DNA from: a virus | Strand: one strand, 5' to 3' | Length of the DNA stretch: 64,000 nt | IMG/VR virus record: IMGVR_UViG_3300032007_000082 | Location: 2,444-66,443 of that record | Shown here: piece after piece, positions 17,967-28,389 of the stretch | Numbering within the stretch: the first letter of the stretch is position 1 | Layout of the letters: every line of letters begins with the position of its first letter | The notes under the pieces: model-generated | Told to the model about the DNA's origin: nothing | The model's database searches: none | What the model saw: the letters and a program-made list of their open reading frames with translations, nothing else | Position numbers and translations under genes: made by a program

Positions 17967-19255
17967 AGGGGCTTCAAGGTTCATAGCTTCAGCTAACGCC
18001 GACAGCTCCCCTCGCTTTTGATGCCTGTTCCCTGCACCATATTGAGACCTTGTTGCAAGATATTTATACTTGCATTCAAGTCCCTATCTAACTTGCTCTT
18101 ACATTGCGGACAATCCCATTGTCTAACATCAAGTGTCAGTTCTTGATTGATATACCCACAATGATTGCAAGTTTTACTTGATGGAAAAAAGCGGTCAATT
18201 ATTACTAATTGTCTCCCTTTCCATTTGCACTTATATTCAAGTTGTCTTTTGAATTCGTGCCAACTAACATCACTGATTGCCTGTGCTAAATGATGGTTTT
18301 TCATCATCCCACTCACATTCAAATCCTCAATCACTATGACTTGGTTTTCGTCAGTGATTGCTTTTGTTATTTTATGTAAATAATCCAATCTTTGATTATG
18401 TATTTTTTGGTGTAATATTGCTAATTTTAATCTCTTCTTTTCTTTTCTTTTACTTGCTTTTTTACTCTTACTTAATTGTCTTTGCAAGTATTTAATCTTT
18501 TTCAAATGATTTTTCAAGGGCTTAATGTTTTCATATCTTGTTCCATCTGACAGAATACAAAAATCTTTAATTCCTAAATCAATACCAACGGCATCATTGT
18601 TTGGTTGTAATGGTTCAATTTCTTTTTCAACAATAATAGACACATAGAATTGATTTGTTGATGTTTTTGATATTGTTGCATTGCAAATCTTACCCTCTAA
18701 TTTTCTATGTTCTTTTAATCTTATGCCTTCTTTGAACTTTGGAAAGTATATTTTATTGTTTTCAACTCTTATGAATTGCGGGATTGTGAAACTTTGATTG
18801 TCGCCCTTTTTCTTATAATGAGGAAATTTAGATTTCTTTTTGAAAAAGTTTTTATATGCGGTGTCAAGGTGCATCAAGGTTGCTATTAGTGATTGACTAT
18901 TGACTTCTTTTAACCATTTGTATTCTTCGGTTTTTTTTAATTTCACTAATTCTTTTTCATCATCATAGTATGTTTTAGTGCCTTTAATTCTTTTCGCTTC
19001 AATGTCTTCTTTGTTTGTTTGATAGAATGTTTGTCTTTGATGCAAGAAGTAATTCCACACAAACCTATTACATCCAAAATGATGCTCTAATAGTTGTTTT
19101 TGTTGCTTATTTGGTTTTAATCTGTATTTGTAAGCAATATTTGTTATCATTTATATGATAATGTAAAACTATAAAAAAAAATAAAAGTCAAGTAAAAAAA
19201 ACTTGATTTAAAAAAATTCATCCCCCAGTTAAAACAAGGGGACTTCTTTTTTTTG
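17944..19255 (-). mobile_element. TnpB-only IS200/IS605-family element 1
   Basis: left-end hairpin about 19221-19243, right-end hairpin 17952-17971 ending GGTAGTTCAC; no tnpA; left boundary inferred. Confidence 0.8.
17993..19150 (-). CDS. tnpB: RNA-guided endonuclease TnpB
   Basis: AYKYRLKP..HFGCNRFVWN, GIDLG, IEDL, CNHC/CPQC, DRDLNASINI; RuvC D-E-D intact. Confidence 0.95.
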   Translation of the reverse strand: MITNIAYKYRLKPNKQQKQLLEHHFGCNRFVWNYFLHQRQTFYQTNKEDIEAKRIKGTKTYYDDEKELVKLKKTEEYKWLKEVNSQSLIATLMHLDTAYKNFFKKKSKFPHYKKKGDNQSFTIPQFIRVENNKIYFPKFKEGIRLKEHRKLEGKICNATISKTSTNQFYVSIIVEKEIEPLQPNNDAVGIDLGIKDFCILSDGTRYENIKPLKNHLKKIKYLQRQLSKSKKASKRKEKKRLKLAILHQKIHNQRLDYLHKITKAITDENQVIVIEDLNVSGMMKNHHLAQAISDVSWHEFKRQLEYKCKWKGRQLVIIDRFFPSSKTCNHCGYINQELTLDVRQWDCPQCKSKLDRDLNASINILQQGLNMVQGTGIKSEGSCRR

Positions 19256-19263
19256 ACAATTAA

Positions 19264-19956
19264 ATGAGTATGGCCGATGCAATAATTGAAGAACCGATCC
19301 ACACGGCAAGCGCGGGCATAATTCGCGATATAAAGGTTGTTGAAGAGAAAAAGTTGTTTTACGTTGAAATTCTTGACAACTACGTTGATAGAAATAACAA
19401 TAAATGCCCCAACGACATCATCCCAATGCTTGCTAACAACGGAGACGGGACGCTTGAATACTATATTGGCCAGCTTGTAGTTGTCTCTTACACAACAACA
19501 AATAACACGAGGAGTATGATGTATGGCAGTAATTGCGATCTGCCATCAAAAAACAATCGCTTCAACATGAACAACAAGCGCAATGCGTTTATTTTAATGC
19601 CATTATCACCAGTCGGTAAAAACGACATCAATAGGGTTATTCGTAGCATATTCGGAGATATAATTTTGGAGTCTGTGAAAAAAATTATAGCAAACAGTAA
19701 AACTGGATTTGAGCTAAACAGTAGCAATGGTGGTAAAATAGAGTGTGATGAAAACGGATTATTTTCGGTTCTCAATGACAACTATTCTCTCAAAATACTG
19801 TTGCAAACGTTATTAACAATATTGACAACAAACATCCCGAAAATAGTAAATACTTTGCAATCGGCGTCTCCTTCTGATACAGCACAAGAACTTGGTGAGT
19901 ATAACGCACAACTAAACACTATCTTACAAAATGGCAACTTACTTTTTAAATCATGA
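19264..19956 (+). CDS. putative baseplate spike protein (gp138/gpV-like)
   Basis: IHTASAGIIRDI N-terminus, OB-fold-like region followed by short beta repeats. Confidence 0.5.
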   Translation: MSMADAIIEEPIHTASAGIIRDIKVVEEKKLFYVEILDNYVDRNNNKCPNDIIPMLANNGDGTLEYYIGQLVVVSYTTTNNTRSMMYGSNCDLPSKNNRFNMNNKRNAFILMPLSPVGKNDINRVIRSIFGDIILESVKKIIANSKTGFELNSSNGGKIECDENGLFSVLNDNYSLKILLQTLLTILTTNIPKIVNTLQSASPSDTAQELGEYNAQLNTILQNGNLLFKS

Positions 19957-21920
19957 CAAAAAATTGGAAGAGATATTATGATAACATTCTACAAACTCAC
20001 AAACCGCTTGATGCAATAGCGACAAGCAAACAAATAGAGTTTTTACGCAGTTATAACGCATGGTTGAAGGAACATAACAAAGAATGGGTTGACGCAAACT
20101 GTTCGCCGATTTTGCAACAACTTTTGAAACTTGACATTTTTGTTGATAATGTGTGCTACTATGTTGACTATTTGAAGCGCCCACCCATTGAAGATTATCA
20201 AGCTTTTCAAAGTGAGTATAAATGGTTTGAACTTTACATTTGCGAGAAATGCAGGCGTAATTTTAGATTTTTCTGCATATTTTTCTTTGACATCTTGAAA
20301 CCAAGCGAACGCTTGATAGTTGATTTGTTTGCTGATTTGCAAATGCTTGTGATGCCAGCTTTCAAAGACGGTAATTTGAAAGAAGGAGACGCGTCATTGG
20401 CGGTCAACTGTCCGATGCGAATGGGAAAAACAATCATCATGAACCAGCTCTTTGCAGTGTGGTGCTGGGTTGAATATCCCGAGCGCAATATTATTGAAAT
20501 GTCCGCCGCAGTAAATACAGTAGAGGGCTTTTTGCTGGAAATGAGAAACATGATGATGTCAGAATTATTCCAATACGTGTTTATCAATGTTGGAAGAGAT
20601 AACGGCTTGAAGTTGAAAAAAAAAACAAAACACACACTAATGAACGTCGCAGGCGGGACCATCAAGGCGCGCAGCATCTCGGCACAGTTTGGGGGTTTGT
20701 CGGCCGACATTATTATATGCGATGATTTTAACAAGACAACTGGAAACACGGCGCACTCTTTTGATAACGCAATACACACATATGCGTATTTATGCTCCCG
20801 TTTAACCGCCACAAATTCGGCTGATGAAAATAAAAAAAGAGCGTTGCCGATGGTGCTTTTAGGACAAAGGGTGAGTAAAAAAGACATTTTTGGTTATATC
20901 TACGACTTTCAGAAAAAAACAACAAAAATCAAACTAAACAAAGTTGTTATACCGTTTGAAACGTTTGAAGATGGAGATGTGGTTGTGGAGTTCAAAGACG
21001 GCAATGATGTTAAATTCCCGCGCCCAAGAGGTTGGCTGCGCAAGTATCACGGTAGCACGCTTTCTATCAAAGAAGAAGAGGTGGAGAAAGCAAAACTGAT
21101 GAGCACCTATTTACCAAATTACCAACAAGACGTTGAACACGATTGCGGTATTGGCCTTGATTTAAAATATACGGAGTGCTTCTCAAAAGAAAAACCCATC
21201 ACGTTTGATAGGTTTTTTTTCACAACCGACCTTGCATTCACGGAAGAAAAATATAGCAACCACACGTGCTTTTGTTTTTGGGGCGCATATATGAGCTCCG
21301 AAAGAAGACCGCAACTGTATTTGCTTGATTTTTTTTATAGGAAAATTGATGCGTTAGAGATTATACCGCATCTTGACAATTTTGTGACGGAAAACCTGAT
21401 GCACAACATGGCTTCGTTGCGCAAATATATGCCATATCTTACTAATGTTGACCCAGATGTTGCGCTGTTATATGAACCAAGTAGCGAGGCGTTTTTGTCA
21501 GAATATTTGCTGACAGGGAGGTGGAGAACCCACGAAAACTGCGAGTCGCAGTCAAGCCGTCTTGATTGGGCTTGCAGACACGGTGCAACTAACAAACCGG
21601 AAATAACCAACTGTCTTAAAACCTTTATACCACCACGCAAGCAAAAGGAAAACAGTAAAGCAAACAGAATTGCAAACGCAGTAATATCTTTATACTCTGA
21701 TGTAGACATGTATATTTTAGTATCAAAACAGGAGGAGCCAATACGCGGTGTCGCGACCGGGAAACAACAAGAATATTTAGGCGATATTGTTAAAACGAAA
21801 TATTACTATTTACAAAGTTTTTACAAGGAGTGCGAAAATTACGACAAAGGCAATTCCAAAAATAACGATGACGACTTTTTAGACAATCTTGCCGATGCTG
21901 TGGCTTTTCTCAAATATTAA
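19953..21920 (+). CDS. terL: terminase large subunit
   Basis: Walker A NCPMRMGKT, Walker B DIIICDD, GQR coupling motif, RNase H-like TTDLA and DDDFLD. Confidence 0.85.
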   Translation: MTKNWKRYYDNILQTHKPLDAIATSKQIEFLRSYNAWLKEHNKEWVDANCSPILQQLLKLDIFVDNVCYYVDYLKRPPIEDYQAFQSEYKWFELYICEKCRRNFRFFCIFFFDILKPSERLIVDLFADLQMLVMPAFKDGNLKEGDASLAVNCPMRMGKTIIMNQLFAVWCWVEYPERNIIEMSAAVNTVEGFLLEMRNMMMSELFQYVFINVGRDNGLKLKKKTKHTLMNVAGGTIKARSISAQFGGLSADIIICDDFNKTTGNTAHSFDNAIHTYAYLCSRLTATNSADENKKRALPMVLLGQRVSKKDIFGYIYDFQKKTTKIKLNKVVIPFETFEDGDVVVEFKDGNDVKFPRPRGWLRKYHGSTLSIKEEEVEKAKLMSTYLPNYQQDVEHDCGIGLDLKYTECFSKEKPITFDRFFFTTDLAFTEEKYSNHTCFCFWGAYMSSERRPQLYLLDFFYRKIDALEIIPHLDNFVTENLMHNMASLRKYMPYLTNVDPDVALLYEPSSEAFLSEYLLTGRWRTHENCESQSSRLDWACRHGATNKPEITNCLKTFIPPRKQKENSKANRIANAVISLYSDVDMYILVSKQEEPIRGVATGKQQEYLGDIVKTKYYYLQSFYKECENYDKGNSKNNDDDFLDNLADAVAFLKY

Positions 21921-22477
21921 TCTACATATGGCTCTTGGATGCATTCTAAATGCTCAAAAACCAATCTTTCAGGTAAAACGTAATGACAGAAATATCCGCT
22001 TGCAAAGTGATTATTTTTTTGGATTGTATCTAATCGGCCGCGCGTGTAAAAACTAATCCTTGTATCAAAACCTAAATATTCTAAACCGTATTGTTGAAAT
22101 AGAGCGGTGCGTTTTTTTCCCTGTAAAGCATTTTGCGGAAGGAGAATGGCAAAGGGCACGTGCAGAGCAAACAGACGCTCCAATACTTCGTCTTTTTTTG
22201 AGAAAGGTGGGTTGGATACAATACAGTCAACCCCTTTCATGTCCATGCGAGTATATGTGAAAAAATCTTTGTTCTCAATGTGTGTGTTTGCAACATGAAA
22301 ACCATGACTGCGCAACACTCGCACATATTGCGAGTCGTCTTTGTCAAAGGGGCACAAAATGTTGACATATCTGCTTTGTCTCAAATATTTCACAATTGGT
22401 TCAACCGCATATCTTGGCGTTAATACCTCGTCGCTCTCGTCAGTTCGTCCACATTTCAAATACCCTACATTCATCAT
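21917..22477 (-). CDS. small phage N6-adenine DNA methyltransferase
   Basis: DEVLTP, ILCPFD, IVSNPPFS motifs; real start about MMNVG. Confidence 0.85.
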   Translation of the reverse strand: MMNVGYLKCGRTDESDEVLTPRYAVEPIVKYLRQSRYVNILCPFDKDDSQYVRVLRSHGFHVANTHIENKDFFTYTRMDMKGVDCIVSNPPFSKKDEVLERLFALHVPFAILLPQNALQGKKRTALFQQYGLEYLGFDTRISFYTRGRLDTIQKNNHFASGYFCHYVLPERLVFEHLECIQEPYVD

Positions 22478-22521
22478 ATTTAAGTAATCAAACCAACCTG
22501 TTGATTTATCGGTAATTACCG

Positions 22522-22558
22522 ATTTGTCAAGATAAATCTTGACATTTTTGTTTTTTTT
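22522..22558. promoter_or_regulatory. palindromic back-to-back TTGACA element (near-copy of 39297-39336)
   Basis: TGTCAAGAT-AA-ATCTTGACA followed by a T-tract. Confidence 0.65.
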
Positions 22559-22575
22559 ATACCACATTATAGTGT

Positions 22576-25116
22576 ATGCCAAACGATTTAATTGACAATT
22601 TGATAAATAAAGGTTTTTTTGAAGGTTCTCTCTCTGACACCCCACCGTTCGTGCCATACGCCGACACCGATGAAGTCGGAACATATGATTATCAAGACAA
22701 CGATGCATCCAATCTGCGAGAGGTTCAGCGCGAACAAACGATGAACTTAAAAAAAATGGTGCCGAATGTATTGTTGCAGGCATCTCGTGAAGAATGGAAA
22801 CATTGTGGTGGGTATAATTTTCTTGCAAACATCGTGGTAACGAGTGGGTTGCAACAACAAATGCGCATGCACGGGCATGAAAATGTAGCATGGAACCCGA
22901 CCATGTATTATTATAAGGGCGGTTTTGCGTGCGACCCTGTGTCTTTGGCGGCATTTAGATACAAAAAAAACAATTACGCGATAGATCACAAACCACTTAC
23001 TGACGCCAGTTCTTGGCAGATATGTAGTGAAAAATTTAATAGTTTTTTTTGGTCTGTCGGAGGAGAGGGGCAGGCATGTGTGTTAACACACCGAGACCAA
23101 ATGAAATTTGTTGCTGACTATCTCCATAACGGCTTTAAAATTGGTTTTGTCGCGGACGAGACAAACGCTGTTGCGCTATCAACTATTACAATAGACGGCG
23201 TAGAAGTGGGTTTGTGCACGGATCAGGGTGGGGCTGTGCCGAGTGGTGCGTTTGAGAAAAATAAATACATTGAATTGATTTATAATGAGAGTTTTGAGAA
23301 GCTTGTTTTTTATCAAAATAGCGGGCATGCGTTTGGTGAGTTTTTCCCGGCACAAGGGGCCACGTTTCCCGGAGCCGTTAGATGTTGTGGACAAAATTTG
23401 CAGAAAGCCAATTATCAGAAATTGTGGGAGTATTTTGGCATCTATCACAGGAACAGCTCCGACACGACAACTGGCTTTTGCTGGACTGGTGCAGAGGTTG
23501 TGTATATTGATTTAGAATATGCAATGGCGGCCGGCAATAACTATTTCCACTCTATTCCACCGCACAGAGAAAAGCAAATAGCGTCTCAATTGCCTTATCG
23601 GTTGGGTTTAGATAACGGAGAGGTTTATCGGGTAGACCAAGACGAGAGCACAAAATACATTAATGTAGAAGATGATGAAGATGTTGTCTATTTTAACGGT
23701 TTACCGATCAACGTTAACAGTATAGCTTATGACCGACCACAGCCACAGCAGTATAAAGAAATAACTGGCCGTAGTATAGATGCTGTGTTTGTCGGAGAAA
23801 CCAAATATTTGGCTAATGACACTTCAAACGACAGAAAATTTACAAATGGGGCGATTGTTGTTTGGTCGTATGTTGACAACCAAGATATTAACGAGGGGAC
23901 TTATTTATACCAAGGAGCAACAGACCCAAGAAATATTGTTTTTAGTGGCACCGTGTCGTCAGTGGCGGACAATACAATTACTGTGTTGCAATATAACTAT
24001 ACGAGAGACGCGATTAATGATAAAAAATGGGTGTGGGATGAAGAATATCCGGAAGGAGAAGAGGATGTATCTCCCCAAGCGACAGAACTTTACACAGAAA
24101 CAAACGCCCCAAGTGTTGGCGACAAAACTTTTACAGAGCCGGTGAATGTGTACGCAATCACAGATTACAGCGTATACAATGTGTACACAGACAACGGGAC
24201 GACGCCATCTAATACATACCAGCGAACCGAGTCAGAGCCATCTAATGATTTTGCCAATATCATCTCAGGTGTTTTGTATTACACGGATAACGACAAACCA
24301 ACTATTGGCTCTTATTTGTATTTAGATCAAATTCAAACAGAAAAAGGCAAAGTAAGTTCTTTGTATAATATACTGGTAACAGACGACAACGAACAGGCCG
24401 TGCCAACCGACATTTTGAAAGAATACAAGATTGGTGATGAAAGTTATTACACCGCCTCCGATTATCCTGAAAATAACGACTGGTTGTACGCAGAGCCATA
24501 TCCCGAGGCCATAGGTATATACACCGCTTTCACCTCAAATAGTATTACTATTGACGGCGAGGAATATAATTTAGACCCTGAACATAATGGTCGCTATCTT
24601 GGCCCAGCTGATCAACTTTTTTACACCAAATCTCTGCACCCGATTACAATTGCGGACGGTTATACCATTGGAGGAACGGTAATTGCCGATTATCTGTATT
24701 CTGACAAATATTGCACAACAAAAACCCAGCAAATACAATCCATTACAACAGAGCAGGTTATAACGGTGGGCGGCAATGTTTATACACGATATAAACAAGG
24801 AGAAATTGGGGAGACTTTTAGAATGCCTGATTTATCAGGTGGTGTTCCGTTCGGCATTACAAACGTCACGGAATATCTTGCAAGAACACAGGGTAAAATA
24901 CCAAATATAACGGGTAGTTTTGGAGGTATTGGAACTGGCGCGACAGTAAAAGGCGCCTTTCGAAAGGGCAGCAAGATTGGCAATTTAAGAACCGCTTCAT
25001 CAAGATCGCAAAACTACAATTTTGATGCGTCATGGGTCAGTAACCTGTATGTTACAGGACAGTCCACAATACAGCCAGCGGGTATCGGTGTTACATGGTT
25101 CACGCCAGTTAGTTGA
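22576..25116 (+). CDS. tail fiber protein with split collar domain
   Basis: collar-like GAVRCCGQNLQKANYQKLW...(insert)...GETFRMPDLSG; C-terminal IPNITGSF..FDAS module. Confidence 0.75.
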   Translation: MPNDLIDNLINKGFFEGSLSDTPPFVPYADTDEVGTYDYQDNDASNLREVQREQTMNLKKMVPNVLLQASREEWKHCGGYNFLANIVVTSGLQQQMRMHGHENVAWNPTMYYYKGGFACDPVSLAAFRYKKNNYAIDHKPLTDASSWQICSEKFNSFFWSVGGEGQACVLTHRDQMKFVADYLHNGFKIGFVADETNAVALSTITIDGVEVGLCTDQGGAVPSGAFEKNKYIELIYNESFEKLVFYQNSGHAFGEFFPAQGATFPGAVRCCGQNLQKANYQKLWEYFGIYHRNSSDTTTGFCWTGAEVVYIDLEYAMAAGNNYFHSIPPHREKQIASQLPYRLGLDNGEVYRVDQDESTKYINVEDDEDVVYFNGLPINVNSIAYDRPQPQQYKEITGRSIDAVFVGETKYLANDTSNDRKFTNGAIVVWSYVDNQDINEGTYLYQGATDPRNIVFSGTVSSVADNTITVLQYNYTRDAINDKKWVWDEEYPEGEEDVSPQATELYTETNAPSVGDKTFTEPVNVYAITDYSVYNVYTDNGTTPSNTYQRTESEPSNDFANIISGVLYYTDNDKPTIGSYLYLDQIQTEKGKVSSLYNILVTDDNEQAVPTDILKEYKIGDESYYTASDYPENNDWLYAEPYPEAIGIYTAFTSNSITIDGEEYNLDPEHNGRYLGPADQLFYTKSLHPITIADGYTIGGTVIADYLYSDKYCTTKTQQIQSITTEQVITVGGNVYTRYKQGEIGETFRMPDLSGGVPFGITNVTEYLARTQGKIPNITGSFGGIGTGATVKGAFRKGSKIGNLRTASSRSQNYNFDASWVSNLYVTGQSTIQPAGIGVTWFTPVS

Positions 25117-25136
25117 TTTTGTGTCAATCGCCAAAA

Positions 25137-26651
25137 CTAACTTCTAAACACATCCTCAACATTGATATCAAAATAACTCCTATACTCCGCATAAACCCTG
25201 TTATACTCCGCATCATCGTTATTCTTGTTGGCAACATCCATTTGTCTTTTTAGCTCCAATAGTTTGTCTACATGCGGAAGCAAATCTTTGACTTGATAGT
25301 ATAATATCCTGTTTCGTCTTTGACTATCCGAATACCTGTCCCAATCTGATATTAGAGGGTGATCAACAAGATACTCATTGCCGTTTTTTCCTAACCTTCT
25401 GCGGCCATAGTAATCTTGTATAAAACTTATTATTGTTATAAAAGTGTAGTCCTTTTCGTGTTTCCACATTTTAACTAACAACTCATGCATCTGAACAAAC
25501 CTGTCCTCGTTCATGCCTTTTGGCCGCGATGTGTTCTCACGTAACACCTTCGCCCAGTAGTCAATAATTGGTGATAAATCGGGGTTGTTGGCGCAACTGG
25601 AATAGTAAAATTGCAGTTTTTTCAAGTCGTTAATGGCTTTTGTAATTGTGTTGACGGTGACGGTGTGTTTGCTTGGGTCAGACAACATGTCATATAGTCT
25701 GCTGTCGTGATGTAGGTATGGAAAACCCATTTGCCACGTACACACATAGTTGTACTTTTTGAACTGCTTTATTTCCATCATCAAATCACTCAACAATCCA
25801 GTAAACCGCTTTTTGACATCAACGTCGTGGCTCTCTTTGGCATGACAAGACACGGGGGCATGTTCTTGCGTTTGTCCTCCTTCAAAAATTTTTGTAGAAG
25901 GGACGGCGGGGGCGGCCTCCTCGCGCGCGCGCGCTCTCTCCCTCTCCTTTTCTCCTTTATTTTCTTTAACAAATGTTTCGGTTATATAACCCCCCTTAAT
26001 CCCCCCGTTGACATTTGTTGACATTGTGTTGACATCCATGTTGACATTGTTGACATCGGAGAAAGTTGTTGACATTGTTGACATTAATGTTGACATTTTG
26101 TTTTGAAGTTTTTTGAGGTTTTCCTCTGTTCCAAGCCCCTTTTTAAGCCGTCCCTTCGCCTGTGAAATAGCAAATTGCAATTTACGAATTTGTTTTTTTA
26201 TGTCAACATTTTGATTGTTGACACCATGTTGACATTGTTGTTGACATGATGTTGACATTGTGTTGACATCCATGTTGACATTGTTGACGTTGCTGACATA
26301 TTTTAGTCCAGGGTTGAATTTTTTGATTTTGTTGACATCAATTTGAAATTTTGAATTTAGCAAGTTGACTTTGACAAATTGTGTGTCTATTTCTGCTCTT
26401 ACTTCTCGGATTTGTTTGATTGTCAGGTTTTCAAATTCGTTTGGAAAATAGTCGCACATGAAGTCGGACATTTGCAATTTTCTGACATCCCCCACCCCAC
26501 ACTTTGTTGTCTCAAAAATATATTTTTGATAAATCAAAGCTGGTAGATTTGCACCAAATGTCCGTTTGAATTTTTTTGAGAGGGAAATAGCTACGGTGTT
26601 GAATTTTTCATTTTCAAAATAATCACACTGTATCCGCGCCCATTCAATCAT
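25137..26651 (-). CDS. putative replication initiator protein
   Basis: N-terminal WARIQCDYFENEK, internal iteron-encoded repeats, EKERERARARE linker typical of phage initiators. Confidence 0.65.
   Translation of the reverse strand: MIEWARIQCDYFENEKFNTVAISLSKKFKRTFGANLPALIYQKYIFETTKCGVGDVRKLQMSDFMCDYFPNEFENLTIKQIREVRAEIDTQFVKVNLLNSKFQIDVNKIKKFNPGLKYVSNVNNVNMDVNTMSTSCQQQCQHGVNNQNVDIKKQIRKLQFAISQAKGRLKKGLGTEENLKKLQNKMSTLMSTMSTTFSDVNNVNMDVNTMSTNVNGGIKGGYITETFVKENKGEKERERARAREEAAPAVPSTKIFEGGQTQEHAPVSCHAKESHDVDVKKRFTGLLSDLMMEIKQFKKYNYVCTWQMGFPYLHHDSRLYDMLSDPSKHTVTVNTITKAINDLKKLQFYYSSCANNPDLSPIIDYWAKVLRENTSRPKGMNEDRFVQMHELLVKMWKHEKDYTFITIISFIQDYYGRRRLGKNGNEYLVDHPLISDWDRYSDSQRRNRILYYQVKDLLPHVDKLLELKRQMDVANKNNDDAEYNRVYAEYRSYFDINVEDVFRS
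26007..26338. repeat. iteron-like GTTGACA array (putative replication origin)
   Basis: about 16 GTTGAC copies in two clusters; 39-nt direct repeat at 26016-26054 and 26250-26288. Confidence 0.8.
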
Positions 26652-26865
26652 CTAATTCAATTAAAACATCTTTTAAAAGCTGGCCTGTGGGGTTGTTTGA
26701 GCACAATTGATTATAGCACGATATGTCCTGTTGACGTTGTTTCTGTTGAAAATTTAAAATGATTTTTTGTTTTTTTTTGGTCATACGCACAGAATATGTG
26801 GCCTCGGCTGTGCTCCTCGGCCGATGCATTTTAATACATAAAAAAAATAAAAGTCAAGGGGGTTT

Positions 26866-27513
26866 TTACAGCACTTTCAGCCCCACAAACACTTCATTCA
26901 AATCGTTAATTCTCGGAGTAAAATTAAATCGTTTGCTTGTTTTTACCGCCTCTTGCGCTTTGAAAATTGGCTCAACTTGCTTTTCTGTAATCGCATTTCT
27001 GCCATGTGAATTAATGAACTTTCCATAATCCGCAACCGCCTTCAAATACCTTCTAATTTTACGCCCATATGCACCAGTCCACCAAACATTATCCAGCACA
27101 ACCGCAATTTCCCTGTCCATCAAAATCGTGTTCCAGTTTGCAAATCCATTTTGTTTGAAAATTCTGTCAACATTGTCAACAACTTCAATCATGTGGTTGC
27201 GGAATACCTTCTCGCAAATTGCAACCGTAAAATCATCTGTCTGTTTGATGTGTCTGACATATTTGCCCTTCCAATTGTAAAGCATTGTGTTCCCATAACA
27301 CGCCGTCCATACTCGGCAATCGCCTTGCTTGCAACCTGCAATCATTTCTCCTTTGTGATGATATGGCTTCAAAACTGGCATCTTGCGGTCGCGCGTCTCA
27401 TGTTTAGTTATCAACTTTTTAGCCATTTGCATTGCATTTGGCCTGATTTCAACAGCAACAGCATTGCCAGTTGTGGCTATAAATAAAAATAAAACAAAAA
27501 CACATCTAATCAT
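26866..27513 (-). CDS. divergent GH24-like lysozyme with signal peptide
   Basis: MIRCVFVLFLFIATTGNAVA signal; LITKHE...VWTACYGNT catalytic-region pattern. Confidence 0.6.
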   Translation of the reverse strand: MIRCVFVLFLFIATTGNAVAVEIRPNAMQMAKKLITKHETRDRKMPVLKPYHHKGEMIAGCKQGDCRVWTACYGNTMLYNWKGKYVRHIKQTDDFTVAICEKVFRNHMIEVVDNVDRIFKQNGFANWNTILMDREIAVVLDNVWWTGAYGRKIRRYLKAVADYGKFINSHGRNAITEKQVEPIFKAQEAVKTSKRFNFTPRINDLNEVFVGLKVL

Positions 27514-27514
27514 A

Positions 27515-27850
27515 TTACTCACCTTTAAACTTCTTATAAAACAACTTAATCCTGTCTTTGAAGGACATCTTGGCAATTTCAGCCGCCCTTCTTTCACTTT
27601 CAACCTTTCTAATCGTTGCCCGTATTACGGCATCGCTAATCAACATATCCTCATCTAACGGCGTAATATCAATCTCAACAACACGAGATTCGTGTGGGAA
27701 GACCAAACGAATAACCTGTTTATTGTTCTTTTGCGAATTTAAAGCAACCTGTTTGTTATAATCAACATTTTTTTCTTGAATAACAAGCCACTTATACACA
27801 CACGAAAAGCAGGCGGCGACAAAGCAAACAAAAAACAACTTTCTAATCAT
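27515..27850 (-). CDS. membrane-anchored hypothetical protein
   Basis: N-terminal hydrophobic helix. Confidence 0.6.
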   Translation of the reverse strand: MIRKLFFVCFVAACFSCVYKWLVIQEKNVDYNKQVALNSQKNNKQVIRLVFPHESRVVEIDITPLDEDMLISDAVIRATIRKVESERRAAEIAKMSFKDRIKLFYKKFKGE

Positions 27851-27971
27851 AAAAAAATTTTTTACAGCTCATTATACTTTTTTTTTACATCATGTCAAGC
27901 TTTTTTATCAAAAATTTTTTTTAAAAAACTAAAAATAAAAAAAAACTTAACAATTAATTTTTTGTTGTTAT

Positions 27972-28370
27972 ATGCTGTTTGAAAAAAATATGATAAAAAA
28001 AGAAAGTAAAAAAATAATAGTGTACGTGGAAAAGCCATTAAATTGGCTTATTGTTTTGGCCATTGCGTTGTTAATGACTGAATCAGAGTTTTTGCGCGAA
28101 CCTGTAATTATATTTACTTTGGCCGTCTTTTTTATTTGCATGATGAGGCAGTATTATATCTCTGATAAATATTTTGCGCCAAACCACACACACGAATATA
28201 ATAAACAAGCTAAAAAAAAGCGAATATATTATGGTATAATGATGTTTTTAATATTGCTCCATAGAGTAGTGCAAACACGTGCGCTATCAACGGCGATATT
28301 TATATTACTTCTCATTGCCACTTTTAAATGCGTTAAAAGTGCTTGGATTTTAAGCAAAATGGACAATTGA
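27972..28370 (+). CDS. multi-pass membrane protein
   Basis: about four hydrophobic segments. Confidence 0.65.
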   Translation: MLFEKNMIKKESKKIIVYVEKPLNWLIVLAIALLMTESEFLREPVIIFTLAVFFICMMRQYYISDKYFAPNHTHEYNKQAKKKRIYYGIMMFLILLHRVVQTRALSTAIFILLLIATFKCVKSAWILSKMDN

Positions 28371-28389
28371 TGGTTTATTAGGTATTGAT

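Noticed and set aside
22478-22954. Long N-terminal extension of the methyltransferase ORF (345 aa in the track)
   Set aside because: It overlaps the fiber gene antisense and crosses the promoter element; motifs begin at MMNVG
25905-25945. (CG)n/(CT)n run as a Z-DNA or regulatory element
   Set aside because: Explained by the ERERARAR linker codons common in phage replication proteins
26007-26338. CRISPR or DGR-type repeats
   Set aside because: Short in-frame repeats inside a CDS; no spacers and no reverse transcriptase in the window
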